Notes under the pieces: generated by a model
Databases searched by the model: none
Seen by the model: only the letters and a program-made list of their open reading frames with translations
Told to the model about the DNA's origin: nothing
Translations under genes and position numbers: made by a program
Part shown: one piece after another, positions 48,075 to 56,559 of the stretch
Numbering within the stretch: the stretch's first letter is position 1
Layout of the letters: the number at the start of each line of letters is the position of its first letter
Assembly (NCBI GenBank): GCA_964649975.1
Contig: CAZYSM010000001.1
Location: 2,987-66,986, forward strand
DNA: 64,000 bases
Direction: 5' to 3'
From: an uncultured Bacteroidales bacterium
GTDB taxonomy: Bacteria > Bacteroidota > Bacteroidia > Bacteroidales > S143-33

Positions 48075-48754
48075 AAGCCTTGTTTTTTTATTGCACGGAC
48101 CATATGCCTTTTTCCGGCAGGCCCGGACAAACGTTTAACTTCAAATCCTGCTGCACGCATATTTTGTTTAATAGCGCCCTTAGCTGCATAAGTGACTATA
48201 ACACCATTCCATGGCATCAATCTATAAAGTACTTCAAATCTTTCTTTACTCCACATCTGTGGCTGCTTGTCATAGGAAAAAGCATCATAATAAACCAGAT
48301 GCGGATGAAAATCCGGAATATACTCAGTCCAATCCCCCAGAATTTTTTTCAGGCTAAAATTCCTATTTATATCCACTTGTCTATTCCATGGCGCTGTGTG
48401 CAAAGTTAGGAAAATATCCTTGTAATGTATAAAATCTGGCGGCAAATGAAAATTTTCATAAATCTCCCGAGGTAAAGGATATTTTTCAATTGTAAAATAA
48501 TTAACTTTTCGTCCGGTGTTCATTGTCTCCATCATGGTCAGAAAAGCATTTAACCCGGAACCAAACCCAATTTCAAATACTGTAATTTCAGATAAATCCA
48601 TATTGCGCAAACCTGCCTCAATATACACATGCATGCTTTCCCGATAGCTACCGAACAAGGAATGATAATGCTCATCCAATTCAGCATTATAAAGCGTTGA
48701 AGTGCCGTCGTCAGTTAGTACCAGTCTTATTTCCGGTATTTTATTCCCTTCCAT
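48071..48754 (-). CDS. mnmD: Stand-alone tRNA (mnm5s2U34) methyltransferase MnmD (MnmC methyltransferase-domain homologue)
   Basis: Motifs …SLFGSYRES…, EIGFGSGLN (SAM motif I) and YYDAFSYDKQPQMWS. 227 aa. Confidence 0.75.
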   Translation of the reverse strand: MEGNKIPEIRLVLTDDGTSTLYNAELDEHYHSLFGSYRESMHVYIEAGLRNMDLSEITVFEIGFGSGLNAFLTMMETMNTGRKVNYFTIEKYPLPREIYENFHLPPDFIHYKDIFLTLHTAPWNRQVDINRNFSLKKILGDWTEYIPDFHPHLVYYDAFSYDKQPQMWSKERFEVLYRLMPWNGVIVTYAAKGAIKQNMRAAGFEVKRLSGPAGKRHMVRAIKKQGL

Positions 48755-49809
48755 TCAAAACCAATAAATTGTGAAAGCAACCCTATAAAAACTGCATAAA
48801 AAATATATAAAAATTCCTCAATAACAAACCAGATTAAAAGTCTTGTCCGCCGGTAATACGACAAATAAAGTGTCAGGAGGATAAAATCCACAATCATTTT
48901 TAGTAAAAACGACATAAGAAACAGGCGGAAATTGAGTAACAACAGCAATAATAAAGTCAAATTCATAAAAAATACCAGTGCAGCCACGAATATGGCCCAC
49001 CAATCCTTATATAATCCGGCTTTGGAAGCCCAGCGCAGACGCTGATTAACAAAGTCCTTCAAAGACGGAAGCGCCGTAGTAACAACACTATGATTTTTAC
49101 TTTTAAGGAAAACAATTTTTCTTTTTTTCTTTTTTGCGGCAAAAAGCAAAAACACATCATCACCAGAGGGATGGGAAAAGTCTATCCGTGCCTGTTGCCA
49201 CAACTGTTTGCGGAAAGCCATATTGGCAGCATTTGCCATAAAAGGAAGTTTCAGACCAGTAGCGCCAGCAGTGGACGCCAGCAAGGATGCAAACTCAAGG
49301 CTCTGCAAAGCGGAAAAACTCAGCATACTATCATAGGCCATCAATACATTCCCCAGAACAACATCTGCATTATACTTATCAAAAGCCGTAACAAAACCAC
49401 TAATCCAGCTCCGAGGAAGGCGACAATCGGCATCAGTCGTTATAATCAATACTCCTTTAGCCCTTGCTATGCCAGCAGCCAAAGCAAACTTTTTACCCTG
49501 CTCCCGGGTATTTTTCATTACAATCACCCTCTCATCTGCAATTTTCTTCAACTTCTCCCATGTATTATCCGTGGAATAATCATCCACAAGGATAACTTGA
49601 AAATTTGGATAATCCTGCTGCAATAAATCCCGCACCAGATTATCAATATTTTCCTGTTCATTACGCAATGCCACAACTACCGAGACCCAGGGCAAGCTAT
49701 CAATAGATACATCCATGGAAGGAATATTCAACCATCCAATAATGAAAGCCAAGATGGTCAGCACATAAGCCAGAGTAATTACCACACTTATATAGAAAAA
49801 AACTTCCAT
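48727..49809 (-). CDS. Integral-membrane family 2 glycosyltransferase with QxxRW motif
   Basis: N-terminal TM helix, GT-A core (VSVVVALRNE, LVDDYSTD, TDADC), QRLRWA, and 3-4 C-terminal TM helices. Confidence 0.8.
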   Translation of the reverse strand: MEVFFYISVVITLAYVLTILAFIIGWLNIPSMDVSIDSLPWVSVVVALRNEQENIDNLVRDLLQQDYPNFQVILVDDYSTDNTWEKLKKIADERVIVMKNTREQGKKFALAAGIARAKGVLIITTDADCRLPRSWISGFVTAFDKYNADVVLGNVLMAYDSMLSFSALQSLEFASLLASTAGATGLKLPFMANAANMAFRKQLWQQARIDFSHPSGDDVFLLFAAKKKKRKIVFLKSKNHSVVTTALPSLKDFVNQRLRWASKAGLYKDWWAIFVAALVFFMNLTLLLLLLLNFRLFLMSFLLKMIVDFILLTLYLSYYRRTRLLIWFVIEEFLYIFYAVFIGLLSQFIGFEWKGIKYRK

Positions 49810-49823
49810 GGCAACGGAATAAT

Positions 49824-49847
49824 AAAAAACCCGGCCTTATGGCCGGG
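49824..49847 (-). terminator. Hairpin plus T6 immediately 3' of tRNA-Glu (minus strand)
   Basis: cccggcc/ataa/ggccggg followed by TTTTTT on the minus strand. The T-run ends 14 nt before the ATG of the GT2 gene. Confidence 0.7.
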
Positions 49848-49848
49848 C

Positions 49849-49924
49849 TGGCACCCCGTACGGGACTTGAACCCGTGACCTCCAGGTTGAAAACCTGGCG
49901 TCCTAACCACTAGACGAACGGGGC
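49849..49924 (-). tRNA. tRNA-Glu (anticodon UUC), CCA encoded
   Basis: I folded a 76-nt cloverleaf by hand. Acceptor is GCCCCGU/ACGGGGU (G1-U72 wobble). D-arm has U13-G22. Anticodon stem is CCAGG/CCUGG with loop UUUUCAA. T-arm is ACGGG-UUCAAGU-CCCGU. Discriminator is G, then CCA. Confidence 0.9.
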
Positions 49925-49947
49925 GTCCGAACTGTTAAAAAGCAATG

Positions 49948-49955
49948 CAAAGATA
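49948..49955 (-). promoter_or_regulatory. -7 promoter box TATCTTTG (minus strand) upstream of tRNA-Glu
   Basis: The plus strand reads caaagata. The box G lies 24 nt upstream of the mature tRNA 5' end. Confidence 0.6.
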
Positions 49956-49993
49956 GTCTTTTGAGACAAAGACACAAAACCTTTAACAATTTT

Positions 49994-51049
49994 TTAAACT
50001 ATCATACCCTCACCAAAGAAATTTTCAAGTGTGTTGTTCATGTTCAAATCAATATTTTCAACATAAACCTCCAGAAGTTTTGATGGTTCGTAGGGTAATA
50101 AACGCACCTGATCAAATTCAGCCGGTAAAAGCACTGTTTGTCCTTTAAACAAATCCATTCTTTGCTTTTTATAATATTCCAGGCCCAGGCTACCCTCCAG
50201 CACAATATATATCACAAAAGAATCCAAAGCCATATAATTCTTTTCCATAGGACGGTCAAACTCAATAAGATTTGTAGTAAAGTAATCGCAATTTATAAGC
50301 GGAATTGTGTTATTAGTTTCAGGGGTATATTCGGTCTTATATTTATCATAAGCCTTGTAGTCAATAGCATCCAGCGCCAGGTCCACGTGCAGCTGCCTGG
50401 GTTTTCCGTCCATCCCTACTCTGCCCCAGTCATAAAGTCTGTATGTAATATCCGATGTCTGCTGTATCTCTGCTACAACGATTCCTTTACCAAGGGCATG
50501 AACACGTCCTGGTGGAATAAAAAATACATCTCCTGGTTTAACTTTTTCCTTATTAAGATGTTCCACTAGCGTATTATCCTCCAGAGCCTGCAATAAAGTT
50601 TCACGGTCCATATCGTGTTTCCACCCCATATAAAGATCAGCATCAGGTTCAGCATGGATAACATACCACATCTCTGTTTTTCCATAAGCATGATGACGCA
50701 ACCGGGCAAGGTTATCATCCGGATGCACCTGCACAGACAAAAGGTCATTAGCATCAATAAATTTAATAAGCAAGGGGAATTCTATACCATATTTTAGATA
50801 AACCTTGTCACCTACTAAATCTGCCATATATATTTCCACAATATCTTGCAGATTATTACCCTGCAAAAAGCCATTATCCACCACTGATATAAAATCCTCC
50901 ACAGCGGAAATTTCCCAGCTTTCGCCGATCGGCCGTGTAGGGTCACAGCCTTTATTCAGGATAGAGTATAAACGGTTCCCTCCCCAGACCTTTTCCTGGC
51001 AAATAGGTTTGAATTGTATCGGATATAAACTGTGTATTTTCATAAGCAT
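49994..51049 (-). CDS. manA: Class I mannose-6-phosphate isomerase
   Basis: Motifs KVWGG, SVQVHPDD, GKTEMWYV and a cupin fold. 351 aa. Confidence 0.85.
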   Translation of the reverse strand: MLMKIHSLYPIQFKPICQEKVWGGNRLYSILNKGCDPTRPIGESWEISAVEDFISVVDNGFLQGNNLQDIVEIYMADLVGDKVYLKYGIEFPLLIKFIDANDLLSVQVHPDDNLARLRHHAYGKTEMWYVIHAEPDADLYMGWKHDMDRETLLQALEDNTLVEHLNKEKVKPGDVFFIPPGRVHALGKGIVVAEIQQTSDITYRLYDWGRVGMDGKPRQLHVDLALDAIDYKAYDKYKTEYTPETNNTIPLINCDYFTTNLIEFDRPMEKNYMALDSFVIYIVLEGSLGLEYYKKQRMDLFKGQTVLLPAEFDQVRLLPYEPSKLLEVYVENIDLNMNNTLENFFGEGMIV

Positions 51050-51058
51050 CTATTTTAT

Positions 51059-51090
51059 AAAAAAACAGCTCCCTGCCACAGGTAGAGAGC
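51059..51090 (-). terminator. Hairpin plus T7 after glmS (minus strand)
   Basis: On the minus strand gctctct/acctgtggc/agggagc (one G-U pair) is followed by TGTTTTTTT. The T-run ends 9 nt before the manA ATG. Confidence 0.55.
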
Positions 51091-51121
51091 CGGTAAATAA
51101 CTGATTTTTCCTGGAATTTTA

Positions 51122-52960
51122 CTATTCAACAGTAACAGACTTAGCAAGATTACGAGGCTGGTCCACATCATTACCACGAAGCACAGCAGCATGATAAGCC
51201 AACAATTGCAAAGGAACAACAGTTACCAGAGGTGCCAGAGCCTCGGGTACATCAGGCACTTCAATAATGTGGTCCACCATTTTTGGCAGAACCGTATCCC
51301 CCTCAGTGGCGATGGCTATCACACGTCCACCACGGGATTTAACCTCTTCAATATTGTTAAGGACTTTTTCATAAATTTTATCCCTGGTGGCTAGGAATAC
51401 TACTGGCATATTCTCGTCAATCAAAGCAATAGGGCCGTGTTTCATCTCTGCAGCAGGATAACCTTCGGCATGGATATAGGATATTTCTTTAAGCTTGAGT
51501 GCCCCCTCAAGAGCAACTGGATACAAATAGCCTCTGCCCAGATAAAGGAAATTATGGGCATCTTTATAGAGTTCTGCCAATTGTCTTATATAATCGTTTT
51601 GCTCCAGTACCTTTGCAATTTTTTCCGGTATGCCATGCAATTCCTCCACCATTTTTTTGAACTGTTGGTAAGACAGCGTCTCTCGCTCCTGTCCGAGCAT
51701 AAGGGAAAGCATTGTGAGTACTGTAACCTGGGCTGTAAAAGCCTTGGTGGAGGCAACACCAATCTCTGGGCCAGCATGAGTATATACACCGGCATGGGTC
51801 TCGCGAGCAATAGAAGATCCCACGACGTTGCATATTCCAAGCACCGTGGCACCATGTTCTTTGGCCAGATCCACAGCCGCCAGTGTATCAGCGGTTTCTC
51901 CACTCTGACTTATGGCAATAACAACATCATCCTTATATATAATTGGATTTCTGTAGCGGAATTCCGATCCATATTCTACTTCCACGGGGATGCGGGCAAT
52001 ATTTTCAAGAAGATATTCTCCTACCAGTCCTGCATGCCACGAAGTACCACAGCCCACAATAACAAAACGGCGGGCTTTCATTATCTTATCCTTAACGTCC
52101 ATCAATCCTCCCAGACGTATCATAGAATAATCCGAGGAAATACGTCCACGCATAGTATCTTTAATAGCATCGGGCTGTTCAAAAATTTCCTTTAGCATAA
52201 AATGGTCATATCCGTTCTTTTCAATAGCTGATACGTTGAAATCTATCCTATGGATAACCGGCTGCAATTCCTCATTTTTAAGCGTTTTAAGTATCAAAGA
52301 ATCTTTTTTCAATATGGCAATATTGTCATTATCCAGATATACCACTCTATTGGTATGCTCTACTATAGGTGTGGCATCAGATGCCAGGAAATACTCATTT
52401 TTTCCCAGACCAATGACAAGTGGACTACTTTTGCGGGCAGCAATAAGTTTATCCGGCTCATTGGTAGAAAGAACCACAATGGCATAAGCTCCAATAACTT
52501 CCGAGAGAGCCAGACGTACAGCCATTTCCGCATCAGTCTCACCCTCAAGGTACATATACTCTATAAGATTAACCAGGACTTCGGTATCGGTCTCAGACTT
52601 AAATTCATATCCTTTTTTCTGGAGAAAATGTTTTAGCTGCTTATAATTTTCAATTATTCCGTTATGAATTATAACGAACAATCCATTTTGCGAGACATGA
52701 GGATGAGCATTAGTATCATTAGGCTCACCATGCGTTGCCCATCTGGTATGCCCTATTCCCAGATTACCTTTTATATTAAGATGAGCCGTTTCTTGCTCCA
52801 GATCAGCTACTTTTCCTTTTTTCTTGAATACTTTAATCTCCTGACCGTCATAGATGGCTATACCTGCAGAATCATATCCCCGATATTCCAGACGTTTAAG
52901 TCCGTTAATAAGAATGGGATATGCAGGCTTTTCTCCTATATATCCAACAATTCCACACAT
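51122..52960 (-). CDS. glmS: Glutamine--fructose-6-phosphate aminotransferase (isomerising)
   Basis: N-terminal MCGIVGY (Ntn Cys), two SIS domains and a C-terminal …KSVTVE. 612 aa. Confidence 0.97.
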   Translation of the reverse strand: MCGIVGYIGEKPAYPILINGLKRLEYRGYDSAGIAIYDGQEIKVFKKKGKVADLEQETAHLNIKGNLGIGHTRWATHGEPNDTNAHPHVSQNGLFVIIHNGIIENYKQLKHFLQKKGYEFKSETDTEVLVNLIEYMYLEGETDAEMAVRLALSEVIGAYAIVVLSTNEPDKLIAARKSSPLVIGLGKNEYFLASDATPIVEHTNRVVYLDNDNIAILKKDSLILKTLKNEELQPVIHRIDFNVSAIEKNGYDHFMLKEIFEQPDAIKDTMRGRISSDYSMIRLGGLMDVKDKIMKARRFVIVGCGTSWHAGLVGEYLLENIARIPVEVEYGSEFRYRNPIIYKDDVVIAISQSGETADTLAAVDLAKEHGATVLGICNVVGSSIARETHAGVYTHAGPEIGVASTKAFTAQVTVLTMLSLMLGQERETLSYQQFKKMVEELHGIPEKIAKVLEQNDYIRQLAELYKDAHNFLYLGRGYLYPVALEGALKLKEISYIHAEGYPAAEMKHGPIALIDENMPVVFLATRDKIYEKVLNNIEEVKSRGGRVIAIATEGDTVLPKMVDHIIEVPDVPEALAPLVTVVPLQLLAYHAAVLRGNDVDQPRNLAKSVTVE

Positions 52961-52970
52961 AAATATTTAT

Positions 52971-54287
52971 TTAGTATTTGGACAAAGTAATAACGAGTTT
53001 AGCTGGTATAGAATTTTTGTGTGTAGTAAGTACTGCACGCGAAAGCTGTAAATCAGAATTATAATCCACCAGATAATAATGAACCGAAGAGGTAGAAGAG
53101 CTATCAGCATTTATCAACCCCTGCACAATACGAGTGACATTAATCTTATAAGTATTTACGAAAAGTGGCGCTCCGAAATATTCCCCGGTTTTAGGATTAA
53201 CATAATCCTGGATTAATATAGGGGATGCAGTAGAATCGTCAGAATCAAATCCTACCAGGTAAATAGTTTCCGGGGCAGGATAAGAGGTCTCGTAAGTCAA
53301 ATCAGGGGGAGCCAGACGCAATACCAATTCTGCTTTATAAACCACTTGATTTTTAAGCTCATGCAAATAAGGAAAATCTAATCTTATTCTAGTACCTCCG
53401 GTCTGCAAAAAAGCAACAGAGTCTATGGAAGGATTAAATATATCCGTACCAGTATAATCATGCTGGAACAAAGAAAAATGCACGTTTTGTAACTGACTGA
53501 TAGTCAAGGAATAAGACATGGCGGTATCTGGCAAAGTATCGGGATGATAATAAATTATCACTCTTGAACGCAAAAGATTTTCAAAATTTCTTGCATTAAA
53601 GTCCACTTTAAAAGTAAATCTGTATATAGCAGCGTCATAAAACTGATCTCCCGGGGTAACCAAAATTCCATGGAAGCGTGCCGTAAAAGGAATATTCTCA
53701 CTAAAGAAATAATAATCCACACTATCTACCATCCTCTGCCAGAAATCTGTATTAAGATAAACCTTCATTACCGAGTCATTACTATTCTGATAAAGCGAAA
53801 AACTACCCTGACCAAGCAGATTATAATTTGTATATTTTCCGATGGAATCGTCAGCATAATGCTTATCAAAATAGCTTAAAGAATCTGATACTTCATAAAC
53901 ATAAACCGGAACTGGATTGTATGGTTTTCCGTATGGTGTGAACTCCGGATCTACTTTCATATAAAGAATAACCGAATCCACTGTACAGCTGTCATTAAAA
54001 TCCGGATAGCCAAATTGCTGTAGCTGAGCGACAAATGAAGCTTTGGTATAACCGAAAATTGGATCCAGGTAAGATCCAAAAAATACTTTACCCTGCCCTT
54101 TACTTTCCACATGAGTAAAGCGCTCAGTAGAGAGGTTAACAGTAAAAGTATCAACTAACTTGACGTTCACCAGATCTTCCTGGGGCAATAAATCCAGGGC
54201 AAAATTCTGATTTTTCTCACAGGAAAAAAGAAAAACTAAACCAGCAAAAAAAACTACAAGAGCAAATAATCTCCTCATATTCAGCAT
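52971..54287 (-). CDS. DUF4270-like lipoprotein (hypothetical)
   Basis: Lipobox FLFSC. The position between the glycogen-synthase-like gene and glmS matches my recollection of the Bacteroidota DUF4270 context. Not verified. Confidence 0.45.
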   Translation of the reverse strand: MLNMRRLFALVVFFAGLVFLFSCEKNQNFALDLLPQEDLVNVKLVDTFTVNLSTERFTHVESKGQGKVFFGSYLDPIFGYTKASFVAQLQQFGYPDFNDSCTVDSVILYMKVDPEFTPYGKPYNPVPVYVYEVSDSLSYFDKHYADDSIGKYTNYNLLGQGSFSLYQNSNDSVMKVYLNTDFWQRMVDSVDYYFFSENIPFTARFHGILVTPGDQFYDAAIYRFTFKVDFNARNFENLLRSRVIIYYHPDTLPDTAMSYSLTISQLQNVHFSLFQHDYTGTDIFNPSIDSVAFLQTGGTRIRLDFPYLHELKNQVVYKAELVLRLAPPDLTYETSYPAPETIYLVGFDSDDSTASPILIQDYVNPKTGEYFGAPLFVNTYKINVTRIVQGLINADSSSTSSVHYYLVDYNSDLQLSRAVLTTHKNSIPAKLVITLSKY

Positions 54288-54331
54288 TTTTCAATCGTAA
54301 AAATTTATAATATAGCAAAAACTCAATAGGT

Positions 54332-55153
54332 TTATGCATTCTGCGAAGCTAAAACTTTATCATAAAAATCAGAATATTCTTGAGGAATTTTTTCTTCTGG
54401 CACATAATTAAGCACTAATTTACCCTGAGACTCAGCATATTTCAAAAATTCTTCTGGTACTTCTTCTTCAGCAATTATGACACCATCACTGTAATCAATA
54501 GCCTGCTTGACTAAATCTCCAACAGTTGGCTCACCTTTAAGATGCGGCATATCTTTTTTCTGGATAACGTCAAAAACTGCTTTTTTAGCAAAATTCTTGT
54601 CAAACTTCACATCAAAATCCATATTATAAATGGAATAAATCACTTTAGTAGCTTTGAACAAAGGATCTTCCTGAAAAGCTTTTTTAATATAAAGTGGTGC
54701 CAGAGCACCAATAATACCATGTACATGCATCAAATCCGGGCTCCAACGCAGCTTCTTAACTGTCTCCAATACTCCCCTGGAATAAAAAATAATCCGCTCA
54801 TCATTATCTTCAAAGAAATTACCGTCATCATCATACAACATTGCTTTTCTATGGAAAAATTCCTCATTATCAATAAAATATATTTGCATTCGAGCCGATG
54901 GTATGGAAGCAACTTTAATCACCAGGGAATGGTCAGTATCATTAACTATTATATTCATCCCTGAAAGTCGGATGACCTCATGAAGCTGATGACGTCGTTC
55001 CTTAATAATTCCGTACCGGGGCATGAAAACCCTTATCTCACGTTTTTTTTCTTGAATTTTCTGAGGCAGGGTTCTACCTATCCTGGACATAAAAGTCTCC
55101 GGCACGTATGGCATTATCTCCTGCATTACAAACAGAACCTTCTTTTTACTCAT
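54332..55153 (-). CDS. Glycogen/starch-synthase-like protein, N-terminal (GT5) half only
   Basis: From the ATG at 55153: MSKKKVLFVMQEIMPYV...FMPRYG, the GlgA N-terminal pattern. At 273 aa it lacks a second Rossmann half. The upstream extension in the ORF track overlaps promoter boxes. Confidence 0.6.
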   Translation of the reverse strand: MSKKKVLFVMQEIMPYVPETFMSRIGRTLPQKIQEKKREIRVFMPRYGIIKERRHQLHEVIRLSGMNIIVNDTDHSLVIKVASIPSARMQIYFIDNEEFFHRKAMLYDDDGNFFEDNDERIIFYSRGVLETVKKLRWSPDLMHVHGIIGALAPLYIKKAFQEDPLFKATKVIYSIYNMDFDVKFDKNFAKKAVFDVIQKKDMPHLKGEPTVGDLVKQAIDYSDGVIIAEEEVPEEFLKYAESQGKLVLNYVPEEKIPQEYSDFYDKVLASQNA

Positions 55154-55183
55154 AACAACTGAAAATTTTAAGAGTTCATTAAG

Positions 55184-55191
55184 CAAAGTTA
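55184..55191 (-). promoter_or_regulatory. -7 promoter box TAACTTTG (minus strand)
   Basis: The plus strand reads caaagtta. The box is 31 nt upstream of the ATG at 55153. Confidence 0.55.
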
Positions 55192-55278
55192 ATATTTTTT
55201 TTCCAATTAACTTAATTATTAACATTTTTTGCCAAAGCCGCTGGCGAGGAAAAGATTTTTTTTCACCCGAAAAAGTCA

Positions 55279-55286
55279 TAAATTTG
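55279..55286 (+). promoter_or_regulatory. -7 promoter box TAAATTTG
   Basis: Perfect match, 28 nt upstream of the ATG at 55314. Confidence 0.6.
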
Positions 55287-55313
55287 AGGTGAAAAAGATA
55301 TAAAACAGGAAAA

Positions 55314-55874
55314 ATGAAAAAGCTGGTATTAATACTTATTACTCTGATTATAGGTTTTCATAACTTTGCACAGACAAGTGATTCTGTCAGTACAGACAGT
55401 ACTACTACCGATACAACTGTGCAAATACCCTCTCCGACAAATATTACTCCCTCACCTATACAAAGAGAAGGCTTTATCCTTACTATAAGCAAAATGATTT
55501 TCTGGAATAAATACCTCTCTAACTTCCGTATAGGTGTTACAGACCTCAAGCTCAAATATGCCCTGGAAAAATATATGGATAACAAAACTATACACGGACT
55601 GCCAGTAGAAGTAGTACTCATTAATGACCAAACTGCCCCAAGTGTTAATCTGATTTATATTCCACAAGGGGGCAACAAAAAAATTGACGCAATTCTCCAG
55701 AACTATTCTGGCACTAACACTGTGTTTGTTTCGGAAAATTTTGAAGACCGAAAAAAAGTGGATATTACTCTGTTAAAGATTAATAACACTCACAAAATCT
55801 GGATTAATACCCCGGTCATAAACCAGAAAAACGTTTATATCTTACCTCAGTTGAAGGCATATAGCATTTTCTGA
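55314..55874 (+). CDS. Secreted YfiR/DUF4154-like protein (tentative)
   Basis: Signal peptide and an S/T-rich linker. The layout …ISKMIFWNKY…FRIGV…VNLIYIP…NTVFVSEN…VDITLL…KIWINTPVINQKNVYILPQLKAYS resembles the YfiR family. Confidence 0.4.
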   Translation: MKKLVLILITLIIGFHNFAQTSDSVSTDSTTTDTTVQIPSPTNITPSPIQREGFILTISKMIFWNKYLSNFRIGVTDLKLKYALEKYMDNKTIHGLPVEVVLINDQTAPSVNLIYIPQGGNKKIDAILQNYSGTNTVFVSENFEDRKKVDITLLKINNTHKIWINTPVINQKNVYILPQLKAYSIF

Positions 55875-55875
55875 T

Positions 55876-56559
55876 ATGGAAAATAAAATTCCAAAATACC
55901 TTCAGGACCTAATAGCACAAAAAGAAGGACTGCACCTGGATTTTAAATTTGAAGTTTCGGATTACAAAAAAATTGCCAGAAGTCTGGTAGCTTTTGCCAA
56001 TACCGATGGTGGCAAATTACTCATAGGCGTTAAGGACAATGGCAAAATATCCGGAGTGCGCACCGATGAAGAATTATATATGATACAGGGCGCATCAAAA
56101 TTATACTGCCGTCCTCAGGTGGATTTTTATTTTTCGCAGTGGCAGGTTGGGAAAAAATATGTACTGGAAGTCACTATTCCCAAAAGCAATAAGCGTCCAC
56201 ATTATGCCATGGACGAAAAAGGCAGATGGAAAGCATACGTAAGAGTGGCAGACAAAAACTTTGTGGCCAACCGTGTTCTGATAAGAGTATGGCAAAACCA
56301 GACAAATACCGAGAGACGCCCTATAAGCATAAAATTCAAACGTAAAGAAGAATTCCTGCTCAAATTTCTCTCCTTGCATGAGTACATCACCTTCAAAAAA
56401 TTTTATGAGCTGGCAGGCATATCTCCCAAGACAGCGGAAGACGTTCTGGTAGATTTAATAACTATAAAAGTTTTGGATATAAGCTTCAATGACCAGGGAA
56501 TAGCCAGATATAAACTTAGCAAAGAGTACAATCCATCTATGAAACTCAACGAATTTTAG
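55876..56559 (+). CDS. AlbA_2 (Schlafen-like 'divergent AAA') domain protein with C-terminal wHTH-like region
   Basis: EGLHLDFKF...IARSLVAFANTDGGKLLIGVKDNGKISGV is the typical AlbA_2 pattern. Confidence 0.6.
   Translation: MENKIPKYLQDLIAQKEGLHLDFKFEVSDYKKIARSLVAFANTDGGKLLIGVKDNGKISGVRTDEELYMIQGASKLYCRPQVDFYFSQWQVGKKYVLEVTIPKSNKRPHYAMDEKGRWKAYVRVADKNFVANRVLIRVWQNQTNTERRPISIKFKRKEEFLLKFLSLHEYITFKKFYELAGISPKTAEDVLVDLITIKVLDISFNDQGIARYKLSKEYNPSMKLNEF

Noticed and set aside
55154-55279. 42-codon N-terminal extension of the glycogen-synthase-like ORF in the six-frame track.
   Set aside because: The extension runs across two oppositely oriented TAnnTTTG boxes (55184-55191 and 55279-55286). The conserved GlgA-type N-terminus begins at the internal Met (ATG 55153).
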